Of a DNA stretch of 64,000 nucleotides, positions 48,293-59,760 are shown piece by piece. Where the stretch lies: assembly GCA_051362555.1 (NCBI GenBank), contig CM120643.1, positions 29,764,848 through 29,828,847 of the forward strand, given 5' to 3'. A program made the position numbers and the translations under genes. Under the pieces are notes generated by a model. The model did not search any database. It saw only the letters and a program-made list of their open reading frames with translations, and was not told the origin of the DNA. How positions within the stretch are numbered: position 1 is the first letter of the stretch; each line of letters opens with the position of its first letter. The stretch comes from Lingula anatina (taxonomy: Eukaryota > Animalia > Brachiopoda).

Positions 48293-49099
48293 ATATACCA
48301 GTGATACATAGAACGCCGTACAAATAACTGAATATTGCCGAGGTAAATGTTCCGCATGCGCATGTATAGAGTGCAGAAGGAACTATAAGGAATTATTCAG
48401 GTAAAACGATAAACAGCGACTATTTCGGACACGACAGATAGAAACGTTTCATTGTTTACTATCGCCTTACAATACTAAACGGCTAAATGGCAGAAAATAA
48501 AGAAAGAGAAGAAGGCTGACAGAAACACGAATGCTGGAAGAAAAAACATGAGACGAAGTAAAATAAATAAAGACTTGCAAATTATAAAAGAGAAAGCAAA
48601 ATAAGAAAGAAGCTTCGATAATTTCCTGAGGATTGTGTTAACAGTATATGCCGCTAGACCCGACTGCATCGGTAAAAGTTATTTTTGAATAAAGCTAAAA
48701 CTGCACGCTACGTCCTGGCTTCCAGTACATTTAAATTAACGTAGACCGGAGTGCATTTCAGAATCGTGGCTACCAACAGTTGCTTCGTGACCAGCTTCTC
48801 TGTTCTTGATATGTTTTAATATTTGACGGACTGAAAGTATTAAAATGGGACCTGTTTCAGCTTAGTAATGCGTAGCACACGTGTGTGATTGACGGGTAAA
48901 GAAATAAGATGTTTTCTCCAGGTACATCAACCTTAGCTGAGGTGCGATATACGCGCATGAAAGCCATGTACATTGTATACACATATACCGATGTAATTAT
49001 CTCAATATATAATTTACACGATTAAGGAAAAATCAAACAACTTTTTTATTTATTTTAACGCCTCCATGATATTTGGGCGAGACAAAGAAATGCTGATAT

Positions 49100-49442
49100 C
49101 TCTTGGCACATGTGGTACGTAGTGGTAAATAGTGGTTAATCTTGGCACGTTTTGGAACATGTTGGTCTATCTTGGTACAATTTGGTTTATCGTGGTTCAT
49201 CTTGGTACATCTTGGTACATGTTGGTCTAACTTGGTACATGTTGGTACATGTTGGTTTATCTTGGTACATCCTGGTGCATGTTGGTCTATCTTGGTACGT
49301 GTCGGTACACGTTGGTACATGTTGGTCTATCTTGGTACATGTTGGTCTATCTTGGTACATATTAGTACATGTTGGTTTATCTTGGTACATCCTGATACCG
49401 GGGTACGTGTCGGTACATGTTGGTACATGTTGGTACATGTTG
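49100..49442. repeat. Degenerate 10-bp-based tandem repeat (CTTGGTACAT/GTTGGTCTAT)
   Basis: Direct inspection; explains the repetitive ORFs in the track. Confidence 0.9.
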
Positions 49443-49903
49443 CTATATGCACCATAATATCCTCTGTACGATCTCACTAAAATTGCTCTTCTGACCTTAT
49501 ACTGGGTAATTACATGTGTCTTTTAGCTAATTGCCTTTAAATTGCTGTTTGAATAATATAGAAAGGACAATCAAATGAAGAGAAACTATCCCCAGGGGAA
49601 TCATTATAGCATTGTTGAATTGTCCCCTCTTTAGGTCGTTTACTGAAGGGAAATTACTTCTATTAGATGTAATAGCCCCAGCCATAGGCCAGTACAGGAT
49701 TAATATCATCCACGTGTTCGGAAGTTGGAATCATCGACTATGGCTGCACCCTGTAGATTCGAGACATTTGTATTGGAAACAGCGACCTGAGGCTATGTCA
49801 GGAGATAATAGTGCTATGTCAGGAGATAATAGTGCTAAGTAAGACGAAGAGAGGCGCTGGAGGAGCTGACAGACTGAGGTATTGTTCCTTTCTTGGATTA
49901 ACA

Positions 49904-51595
49904 TAGTTTAGTGGGATTTCCACAAAATATGAATGGTAGGGCATTTTGGGGTAAAAGTTGGGAACCAGGCTTATTAGCATAATTTTGGCATGCTGAATCC
50001 GATTAACCCGGTTCCCAAGCGAAATTTTGCGTTTTTAACTGTCTAATTTGCAAAAAAAAAAAAAATGGCAGCCAGATTTCCAATTTTCTGCAATATCTCT
50101 GTAACTAGACAGGCGAATATGAAGTGTCTTTACCTATATTTGCAGGGTCGATGAACATTATTAAGATATTTTTGTTAGAATTAGATTTACAAAATTTCCC
50201 TAAATATGCAAATTAGGACCGCCATTACTGAAAAACCGTTTTACTTCTGTATCTCCTTAATTAGGCAAGCAAATGTGACACATGAAGTGCCCACACCTGT
50301 GTTTTCAGGGTCACAGAAAGTGGTTAAGACATTTTCACTATAACCAAATTAGTAATAAGTGCTACACTGTCACACTGTAGCAATTATTTGAATCTGAATT
50401 GAATTTGGCAATTAAATACTGCGCTGCCATTGGGATGTAAACATATTGGATCACACAACTGCCCCTGTTGCCTAGATTTGAAAAAGGTGATTCCTTTATT
50501 AATGCAATGGAGGGATTTGCTGAATAAAGTAATTCATGTGATGCAATGTACAGACTTGACATTTAAAATGGATTTTTTTTTTAAACATATTTTCTTTGAT
50601 TTTCATTGTTTTATATTAGTAATGAATTAAAATAACACTTGTTATCATGTTCGATATAGCTTTAATAAATCAACCCGTGTCAATACACCAAAATTTTAAT
50701 TTAAATACGTATTTAGATCAGCGTTATAAACAGCACATGGGTAATTTTATAGCTGATAACAACGAGGTATTAAATTCTTATGAACTCAATATTAATAAGA
50801 ATATCAGTTGGTAAGGATTTTCTCTTACACAAAGAATCACCGAGACAAAATTTAAAAATGGAAACGGATAACAACGCGTGCATTATCTGCTATCTGCAAC
50901 TGCGGATCCCCCTCCCCCTCCCCTTCAAATAATCCTGGATCCGCCTCTGCTCACCTTGCCTTATAATTGATGGGCAAGCACTGGCAATGTCACTGTTAAA
51001 ACCTGACAATGCAGTGACCTTTGGTAGTTTGACTGACACACACTTAAGAGCAGTTCTGAAGGCAGGTTCTAACTATCAGCAGTTTGACTTGTGTTTGACA
51101 GATACAGTGAAGAAACAAAAAAAAGTCAGCGCTACCCATCAGACAAGGCATCTGATTCATCACATTCCCCGACCCTGAGAACATAGGTGTAAACACTTCA
51201 TGTGTTACGTTTGCTTGCCTAGTTACAGAGATACAGAAGTAAAACGGTTTTTTCAGTAATGGCGGTCCTAATTTGCATATTTAGGGAAATTCTGTAAATC
51301 TAATTCTTACAGAAATATCTTAATAATGTTCCTTGACCCTGAAAATATCGGTAAAAACACTTCATTTGTCATATTCGCCTATCTAGTTACAGAGATATTG
51401 CAGAAAATTGGAAACCTGGCGGCCATTTTGTTATTGTTTTTTTTTTTAATTATACAGTTAAAAATTTCGCTTGGGAACCGGGTTAATCGGATTCAGCATG
51501 CCAAAATTATGCTTATAAGCCTGGTTCCCAACTTTTACCCCAAAATGCCTCTTGCTTCTTATGCAGAGCCTTTTTTCAAAAATCCCACTAGACTA
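49904..51595. mobile_element. Non-autonomous long-TIR DNA transposon (Academ-like)
   Basis: TAGT(T/C)TAGTGGGATTT termini, ~400-bp inverted repeats (49904-~50312 vs ~51172-51595), ACA duplication. Superfamily inferred from TAG termini and 3-bp TSD. Confidence 0.78.
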
Positions 51596-51724
51596 ACAGT
51601 AAAAGCATTAATTTCTACTGGGCGTGTGGTACAAAAACCTTGGCCAATTAAAACTGACACAGTGAATATTGAACCTTTTCGGCAAACAAGCCTTGATCTA
51701 TTTCATAATACTGTTCGTGTTTGA

Positions 51725-51757
51725 GTGTGTGTGTGCGTGTGTGTGTGTGTGTGTGTG
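51725..51757. repeat. (GT)n microsatellite
   Basis: Direct inspection. Confidence 0.9.
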
Positions 51758-52065
51758 ACCAGTGATAACCTGTGGTGGTTGTTCTGGCAGAATAGTACTG
51801 TGCAGCAGTTTGTATGGTCAATTAGGCAGCAGCAGCGCACACAGAGGCACATGTGGCGTTTTCTACCAGTCATGATATATCACACTGTGCAGGCCATTTC
51901 AAAGAGCTGAACATTTAAGACTATTAAGTAAATCTCTAAAAGTAATGAGCCCATTTCTTCTAGACATCTCTGAACTGTTAATGCGTAGGATTCTAGCCTC
52001 ATTGCTTTCACTGTAGTACAGAGCAATAGCAGACGTTTGGCAGTAAACTGGTTTATAATAGTACC

Positions 52066-52067
<2 letters not shown>

Positions 52068-52127
<60 letters not shown>
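52068..52127. repeat. (TA)n microsatellite
   Basis: About 30 TA units. Confidence 0.95.
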
Positions 52128-52131
<4 letters not shown>

Positions 52132-55100
52132 GTGAATGCAGTATCAGATTTTAATTCGATTTTAAAACCTGAATCCATAAACAATTTCATTCTCACGTTT
52201 TTAGTTTTTATCTTTTACTAGAAAACAGTACCCGATACTCATATTTTAAAGAATCTATTGGCTTAATGAATTCCTATCTAAAAAGAAAAACAAAGACCGA
52301 GGAAAGTCGGCCAAGGTGACGATCTTTCGCCAGGTAAGGACCCCTGCCAATAATTTTCTCAAAACAAATGATAATGTTATATACAACTGATACAATGGAT
52401 CATCTTGCCTTAGCGTTCGAAGCGGTGTTTTCAGACTTGGGACTTCTGGATTTTTCCCAATGTTTAAGCACGAATAATATACACGTCTTTGGGTCAGGTT
52501 TAAGATGAAAGCTACCTTGGGACAGGTGTTACTACTTATTAACTACTGACTGGAGGTCGTGTTTTTAATAGTATGTTTAGCACATTTCTACAAATATTGT
52601 TAAATCAAATTATATAACCTAAATACCAAATAGCTCATGTATAACATGTACTTGTTACTGTCAAATGTGTTGCATGTGTTCACTTTCTCTCTGGATTTCC
52701 TGGGAAATTGAAATGGCAGACTTGATCATCTCATAGACGAGTTCCAAGAATCTCTGAAACTCAGGGTACTTGCTCCAACGGCTGTTTGCACAACATTCTC
52801 ATCTCTATACAGCGCCCCCTGATGGTTAAATTAGTCATATTCCATATTTTGATAGCTATTGGCAGCCCCTTTTACAGCCCAGGGGATATATTTCTTAAAT
52901 TCGGCGCCATAATTAAACGTAAATGGTACTGTTAGATAGTTTTACCCTGTAGTTGTGGAGGATATACACACGGTATGTTATACAGAGGTCACAGATTTGA
53001 CTCAGAGGCACTTAGCTTGGTACTCTTATGGAAATCCCCGGGGTATTATCACTTTAAACTGCAGTATGCGTTTTGTAAAGGAGTGTGTAGAATACAGCAT
53101 TACGTTAGTTGCTACTCGAGATATACGAGTATAAAATGCATGGACTGCTGGTATAGTTTCTTACTGACAAGCCCCTTCTGGTCTATATATGTATGTTACA
53201 CGAATATTGCGCATGTTTTTTTTGACTACGTGCCAGATGAGGGGATAATGGGCACCTGATAATGGGTTCTGTAGGCGATGGATGGAAGAGGCAAAGTACG
53301 TATTGTAGTTTATTGTGTCATTGGCACTTGATTGATTCATTAAAACTATTACTTCTTACAGCCTGTTTTCTAGAAAATATGCTGTTTCGTATAGAATTTT
53401 AAAATTCATCATCGACATTTAGTTGAATGGATTTTACTATATTCCAAATGGCTATGTGTATTTCCATGAGAGTGTAATTGTCGCGGTGATTGACATACAG
53501 GTAGATAGTCTGCACCTGGCAGTCATTACATGTAGGAGAGTGTTAATATCACATTGCAGGCAATACGTAGACGGGAGACAACCGGAATTGTCGGTCTCAC
53601 CTCTACTTGACTCTATATCAAACCGTTCGTCGTTATAATGATAAGGTGTTTACTGTAAGTTGTTGCTTGGAAACCGGAAGAAAGGAAACAGTACCTTGCA
53701 TACTCTAGTGACTGTTGGTCTAAAGTCCCCTGCCCTGACAGTGACCCTGGTGGCAGCAAGACGGCACTGGAGAAAACTGTACATGTAAGTTCACGTTTAT
53801 TGGTGACATTCACACAGTGTCTTTTATACTAGGCAAGCTTTGTGGTGCGGTTTTGAAGACCAGTTTGTTGATATAAAACCACTTAGGCTCTGCAACAACA
53901 ACAACTGACTCTGTGACGGAGGAAGTATTCAACCCGGAAGATATTTTTATCTCGAAAACTATATGTCATCAGTAAGATCGTGCGGCCAGACTATCCTTCA
54001 TAAAATTATATTTATATGCACTGTTACATTATATATATTATTGATTGATGTGCTAATACTGAATTCGAACACTGGTAATTGTTACCATGTGTTTTCCTGG
54101 TGAATGTGTTACTTCATTAGATATAGGGTGCCAAATATCAATGGGTGTTAGAATCAGCAAGGGATGTTAAATTCAATCATTGCATAGCGTAACACCTCAG
54201 ATTATACACACCGCATACTAGTGAGGTACAGCTCAAGACATGCTGGTAGAAACAGGTGCTACTTGTATGTGATTTTTCTCATTGGATATTTCAATTATGT
54301 GTGTACAACACAGGGCTGCAATCTCTCGCTACATTTCAAGCAAATCGACTGATTTTATTATCCAATAAAATGTTTTTGTAAGCCTGAAAAAGAATTTGGT
54401 GATAATTCTAAAAATTGCTTAATTTTTGTGTCCGAAAATGCATTTGGGTGAGTAATGGAAACTTTGAAATTTAGAAGCAAAAAGAAGACAAGGGATTGTT
54501 GAAGTATGGGAGTGATAATTACATCTTGTCCGTACCCCAAGGTGTGTGTACCTTCCCAGCCTCGGTCAACCCACCACCACCAGCTGGACGGTACCACGCT
54601 GTAGAGTAGACATGTGTGATAAACTGACACCTGTTGGCTAGTTGACAACATTAGATACAATTATCTTCACAGTTTGTAGGGACCCGTAGACCAGCATTGA
54701 GATACGCTATACATAGGTGTAGATGATATGAATGAAGCTAGGTTATACGTTACAACTTATGGTCACTATCTCTCTCTCTCTCTTTCTCTCTCTCAGCAAA
54801 AAAATAAATAAATCAAAAACACACTCTCCGTTGTCCTTAGGCAGTGCAATTGTTTTTGTTAATGAGATACGAACACCTCTCTTGTTGTTAATTTGAGTTT
54901 TATATCTGTGTTCTGAAACAGATCTGACTGTATTAGTCCATTGATACTAATTATTGCAAGTAAACCCCGATGCCGCGCTCAGGATTGACGACTCTGAGGG
55001 TTATTGTCTGGTTTGTCTATCACAGGTTCACTGAGGGTGAGGGGGTTAATGCACGCTCTGGGGGATCTCTGGTCTTATCTAAAATAACCAATGATTGAGA

Positions 55101-57928
55101 AATGTTTAAGAGACTTATGCCTTTTGTCAATAGTTTTAGAATTAAAATTAAACTTCACCAGACACGGTTCTTGTGTTTATATTCAGAAGTCATCTGACAA
55201 AATAATCTTCATTCCTATGAAATAATCTAGCTGATATATATTTTCAATACTCATATAACTTGTTTTCTAACATTACGTTCATTTCACGGAAACGTATGTA
55301 CGGGCACCTGCTCAAGCCTCAGCTTGTGATATTTGCACTCTCACCTTTTGGTTATCAGAAATCCAGTAATTTAGATAATAAGTCGCAGGCGGCGCAGTGG
55401 TGCTGAGGTAATGAGAAATCTCCGGCCAGCCGCAGGGTATTGACGACGTGGCACTGGAGAAATGAGAAACCTAATTAAAACTCAGTATACCTATCATTCC
55501 TTCATATTAATATTGTGCCCTTTTCAGGGCCATTCCCGTCTTGTTTCTTGACAGAGTGAATTAAGGCAGACGCCACTGGCACACGTAAACCATAAGTCAG
55601 TACAAACTCCATTTTGTCTACGGTAATCATGAATGCATTTTCAATAATACCATACGTGCCTTTGTCGGCCTAGTCTAGTTAAACTTGCAACAGAATTGTT
55701 AATAACCTGACTTCGAAGTTATAAAAACGCGTGGCCGCCATTATAGGCCGTCGGAGTAAAATGACAATCAAAACGGAGATATAGTGGGAAAAAATCACAG
55801 TTATGACAAATGGTTTCATCTATTTCTCGCCCACAATATACTGGTATTAATTATTTTCTGACAAGAAACATGTATATAAAAGTAACAGCACGGTTGATCC
55901 TGGAAATTACTGAGTGAAATACATGTAAAATAATAGGTGTTTTTGATTCTATATATATAGCCTATAGACATACGTGTTATTATCAGATCTACGTCATGTA
56001 AACGACTCATTCACAGCCTACACTTACCCTGGTTACTTCTGTGACACGTTTTTAGTAGAATAATGTAAAGAAAGGGACAACAGCACGCGATACAAGGGGA
56101 AGGGGGAAATGCAAGAGCCAAATGTGTTTAAATCGTACTTTAGAAATTATCGAAACAAAAATCGTTTTCGTATGTGAGCCAGTGTGTGTGAGCGCGTGTG
56201 AGTGTGTGGATGTAATGTATGTGTTAAGTCAGATCAGTATTATCATGCAGTAATATGTTATATTTGACTTCTGTTCCTGGAGATTAATAAGATATTAATA
56301 AGCTAGGGAAATTAATGACTGAATTCTGTGGATGCAAATCGACATCCAAGTTGTGTAAGCAATGTGACGTGATCAAAATGAACTCCTTAGGTTTCCTACT
56401 TGACCGTGCAGTGACACTCCCTACGCCTGGTGTGAGCTCGGAACACTTTCATCTACAGAATGCTAAGACACACACCCTGCAGGTAAAGCTAAAGTGGTCC
56501 CAGCAGGCATGTGCTTATACAAAAAAAGAGGCTCTCTTACTGGCACAGTAGCTTCCTGACCTTAGGGTAACACATTTATAGTATGCATCACTTGATGATA
56601 AAGAACGGTCAGATCCGGTTACATTAACACGGTGATGCAAATGATCTGACGTAATCCCCTCCCCCCGCCACTCCCCCCCCCCCCCCCACCCCTCGAGTAC
56701 CAACACTGAACATCCTGTATCCCCACACATATAATTCCATAGACCTTTAACCGGTTAACCGGTGTTCATGGCAAATGATTCCAAGTACTAAATTAACATA
56801 ACAGCTAGTGCATAAGCGGTAACACTTCAGACAAAAAATCTAGGAATATTTCATGAATCGTTACAAACACCTGCAGAAACAGCCGGATGATAGTTCAAAG
56901 ATCAGTTTCGTTGAGTCAACAAGAAAAAAGCAGCCTATATGCAGCGTGATACTGGTACGCAATTCACATTATAAAGCTTAGATCGACTTGTGTGGTGTAA
57001 AGTTATACCTTGGAGTACGCAAATAGTCAACTAATTTCATTTTCTTCCGGTTACAGATTAAATGTGTTCGGCTATCCAGAAGAGTCACTGACTAAGAGAG
57101 TGTTAAAACTCTAAAATGGGGCTAAGGCGGCTTTGAAACTGTGTGCTTCATCTCCGCTGTCACATGTGTGTGATTCCTGTATCAAATATTTTGTCGCCGA
57201 ACTGTCCCCTGGGAAACCTCAGCTAATGGCGGTAAAACCAGCCAACGTCTTTAAAACGTTGTAAGCTTCAAGTATAGTGAGTGGACCAGGTTACCTCAGA
57301 ACTCGGACCGCATCTGGCTGATATGGGCTACAATGGGTACACACGGGCTGTCCACCGGGCACGTGAGGGACGCAGTCCACTGTCCTTGGAATATCTGGAG
57401 ACTGACCAATGGTCGCACATGGTAGGCAATCCACTACCAACACTGTCTGTGTGTTTACTTTAAAATATTCCTTTGGGCACCAGCTAGCATTATACTGTAT
57501 TATTTGAGGAGGGTTTCATATCTTCTTATTCGATTTCGTAATGTTGTTGCAAAACATTGACTTGCTTTTGAAAATATCGGATGAAGGATATTGAGACATT
57601 TATTCCTTTCAATTATTTCAAGATAGAAGTGACAGGTTTAAAGTTGCATAGGCCATTACGTTGTTGAATGCTCGGGAAAACAGCTTTTCTGTCGAGAAAC
57701 ACGGATAACGTATTTATCTAAGCTATTGAAGACCGACACGGTACAGTTATCTTTCAAAGTAACAACCGCTGCCTCGACATTTCTGTCAGATTTCATTGAG
57801 AGTCGGCGTAAAGAAACTTCAGGTTTTAAATATATTGTAAAACGTGAAAAGCGATTCACTTTCTAAGCGAAGCGCTGTTAGTGAATTCACTCGTATCTTC
57901 GGAACTGTCTTTACCAGAAGTGTGGAAC

Positions 57929-59002
57929 ATGTCGGATTTCGAATGTTACAACATGAATGCCAATGTGACAACTACCTGTGACCATGGCAACCTCACATTC
58001 ACCTTGGATACCAGTTTGTTTAACTCCGTACTTCCGGTGGTATTATGCCTGGTATCTGTTATTGGTATCATAGGCAATGTGCTGGTTATTATCGTGGTGA
58101 AAAGGAACATGTACATCAACTGTTTGTTCCTGAACCTGGCCGTGGCTGATCTCCTGTTTATACTGATATGTGTCCCTGTTCAAGTGTCCATCTACGCCAG
58201 TGAGGGGACGATTCAGTTTGGAGATTCTGTGTGTAAAGTTTCCTTCTACTTCAGTTACGTAACTATGGGAGTCAGTATTTATTCACTGGTGTCTATATGT
58301 GTTCTGCGGTACGTAGGAATTACTCGGCCTCTCCAGTGCCGGGGTGTGCTGAGCCGCCGTAGTGCCATCTGGACCAGCGGCGCCATATGGGCTGTCATGT
58401 GCAGTATTAACATCCCTATTATCATATTTCATCGTGGAACTGAGGGTGGCGGGTGTAACCTGTGTGTGAACGGCCAGACGGAGTATTATGTGTACATTGG
58501 ATTGGTGTCTGGGTGTGATTTCTTCCTGCCAGCTACCGTATTACCAGTCATCTCGGTTTTAATCATCAGAGAAGTCCGGAGAGACATGACAGAGATGGAG
58601 AGAACACAGCTAGAGTCAGCGCCCTACGTGAGGGCGGCCAAATCCTCCAGTACTCGGCTCATCGTCCTGATAGCCTTAGTGGCCTTCTTCTTTGTACTCT
58701 GCTGGGGGCCAGCGCACCTAATGCTGCTACTGGAGGCCAGTGGCGTCGTCATCGCCGACTGTCCATCTCCCGCTGTTAAAACTGTTATGTTCGTGGCTTT
58801 GTTACTGCTCCACACCAATTCCAGCATTAATCCCCTACTGTACAACTTTGTCTCTGCCGAGTTTAGGAAATCTTTTCTTGCTGTTTTGAAATCACACTGT
58901 AGCTCTGAAAGAAAAAGACGCAGGGAGTCGATTAATATTGAAATGTCGCATCAGATTAGACACAGAGCTAGCCGAAGAATATCACAGAGAGTTATACTTT
59001 AG
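57929..59002 (+). CDS. Class A (rhodopsin-like) peptide GPCR, allatostatin-A/galanin-receptor-like, ~357 aa, single coding exon
   Basis: Seven hydrophobic segments; GN (TM1), NLAVADL, CK (TM3), LRY in place of DRY, CWGP, NSSINPLLY, EFRKSF; N-glycosylation sequons; acceptor ttaccAG at 57917 before the first ATG. Confidence 0.92.
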   Translation: MSDFECYNMNANVTTTCDHGNLTFTLDTSLFNSVLPVVLCLVSVIGIIGNVLVIIVVKRNMYINCLFLNLAVADLLFILICVPVQVSIYASEGTIQFGDSVCKVSFYFSYVTMGVSIYSLVSICVLRYVGITRPLQCRGVLSRRSAIWTSGAIWAVMCSINIPIIIFHRGTEGGGCNLCVNGQTEYYVYIGLVSGCDFFLPATVLPVISVLIIREVRRDMTEMERTQLESAPYVRAAKSSSTRLIVLIALVAFFFVLCWGPAHLMLLLEASGVVIADCPSPAVKTVMFVALLLLHTNSSINPLLYNFVSAEFRKSFLAVLKSHCSSERKRRRESINIEMSHQIRHRASRRISQRVIL

Positions 59003-59760
59003 ACACAGAGCTAGCCGAAGAGTATCCCAGAGGGTTATACTTTAGACACACAGCTAGCCGAAGAATATCCCAGAGGGCAATACTTTAGACACAAAGCTAG
59101 CCGAAGAATATCCCAGTGAGTTATACTTTAGACACAGAGCTAGCCGAAGAATATCCCAGTGAGTTATACTTTAGACACAGAGCTAGCCGAAGAATATCCC
59201 AGTGAGTTATACTTTAGACACAGAGCTAGCCGAAGAATATCCCAGTGAGTTATACTTTAGACACAGAGCTAGCCGAAGAATATCCCAGAGGGTTATACTT
59301 TAGACACACAGCTAGCCGAAGAATATCCCAGGGGGTTATACTTTAGACACAAAGCTAGCCGAAGAATATCCCAGTGAGTTATACTTTAGACACAGAGCTA
59401 GCCGAAGAATATCCCAGTGAGTTATACTTTAGACACAGAGCTAGCCGAAGAATATCCCAGTGAGTTATACTTTAGACACAAAGCTAGCCGAAGAATATCC
59501 CAGTGAGTTATACTTTAGACACAAAGCTAGCCGAAGAATATCCCAGTGAGTTATACTTTAGACACAGAGCTAGCCGAAGAATATCCCAGTGAGTTATACT
59601 TTAGACACAGAGCTAGCCGAAGAATATCCCAGAGAGTTATACTTTAGACGCAGGGCTAGCCGAAGAATATCCCAGAGAGTTACATTGTATACTTAAGACA
59701 CAGAGCTAGTCAGAAGATATCCGGTATAGTTATATACTAGTACTTGAGACACGGAGCCGG
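58958..59760. repeat. 43-bp minisatellite (~17 units) starting inside the GPCR C-terminus
   Basis: Unit AGACACAGAGCTAGCCGAAGAATATCCCAGTGAGTTATACTTT. Confidence 0.96.

Noticed and set aside
49033-49480. Repetitive Cys/His-rich or hydrophobic ORFs
   Set aside because: By-products of a 10-bp-based tandem repeat that is open in several frames.
52200-57800. Short ORFs and possible SINE heads between the SLC43 gene and the GPCR (and 60000-64000)
   Set aside because: No recognisable protein motifs, tRNA folds or clear termini; treated as intergenic or 5' UTR intron sequence.
57881-57928. GTG-initiated N-terminal extension of the GPCR
   Set aside because: Eukaryotic gene; a splice acceptor at 57917 and ATG at 57929 explain the start better.
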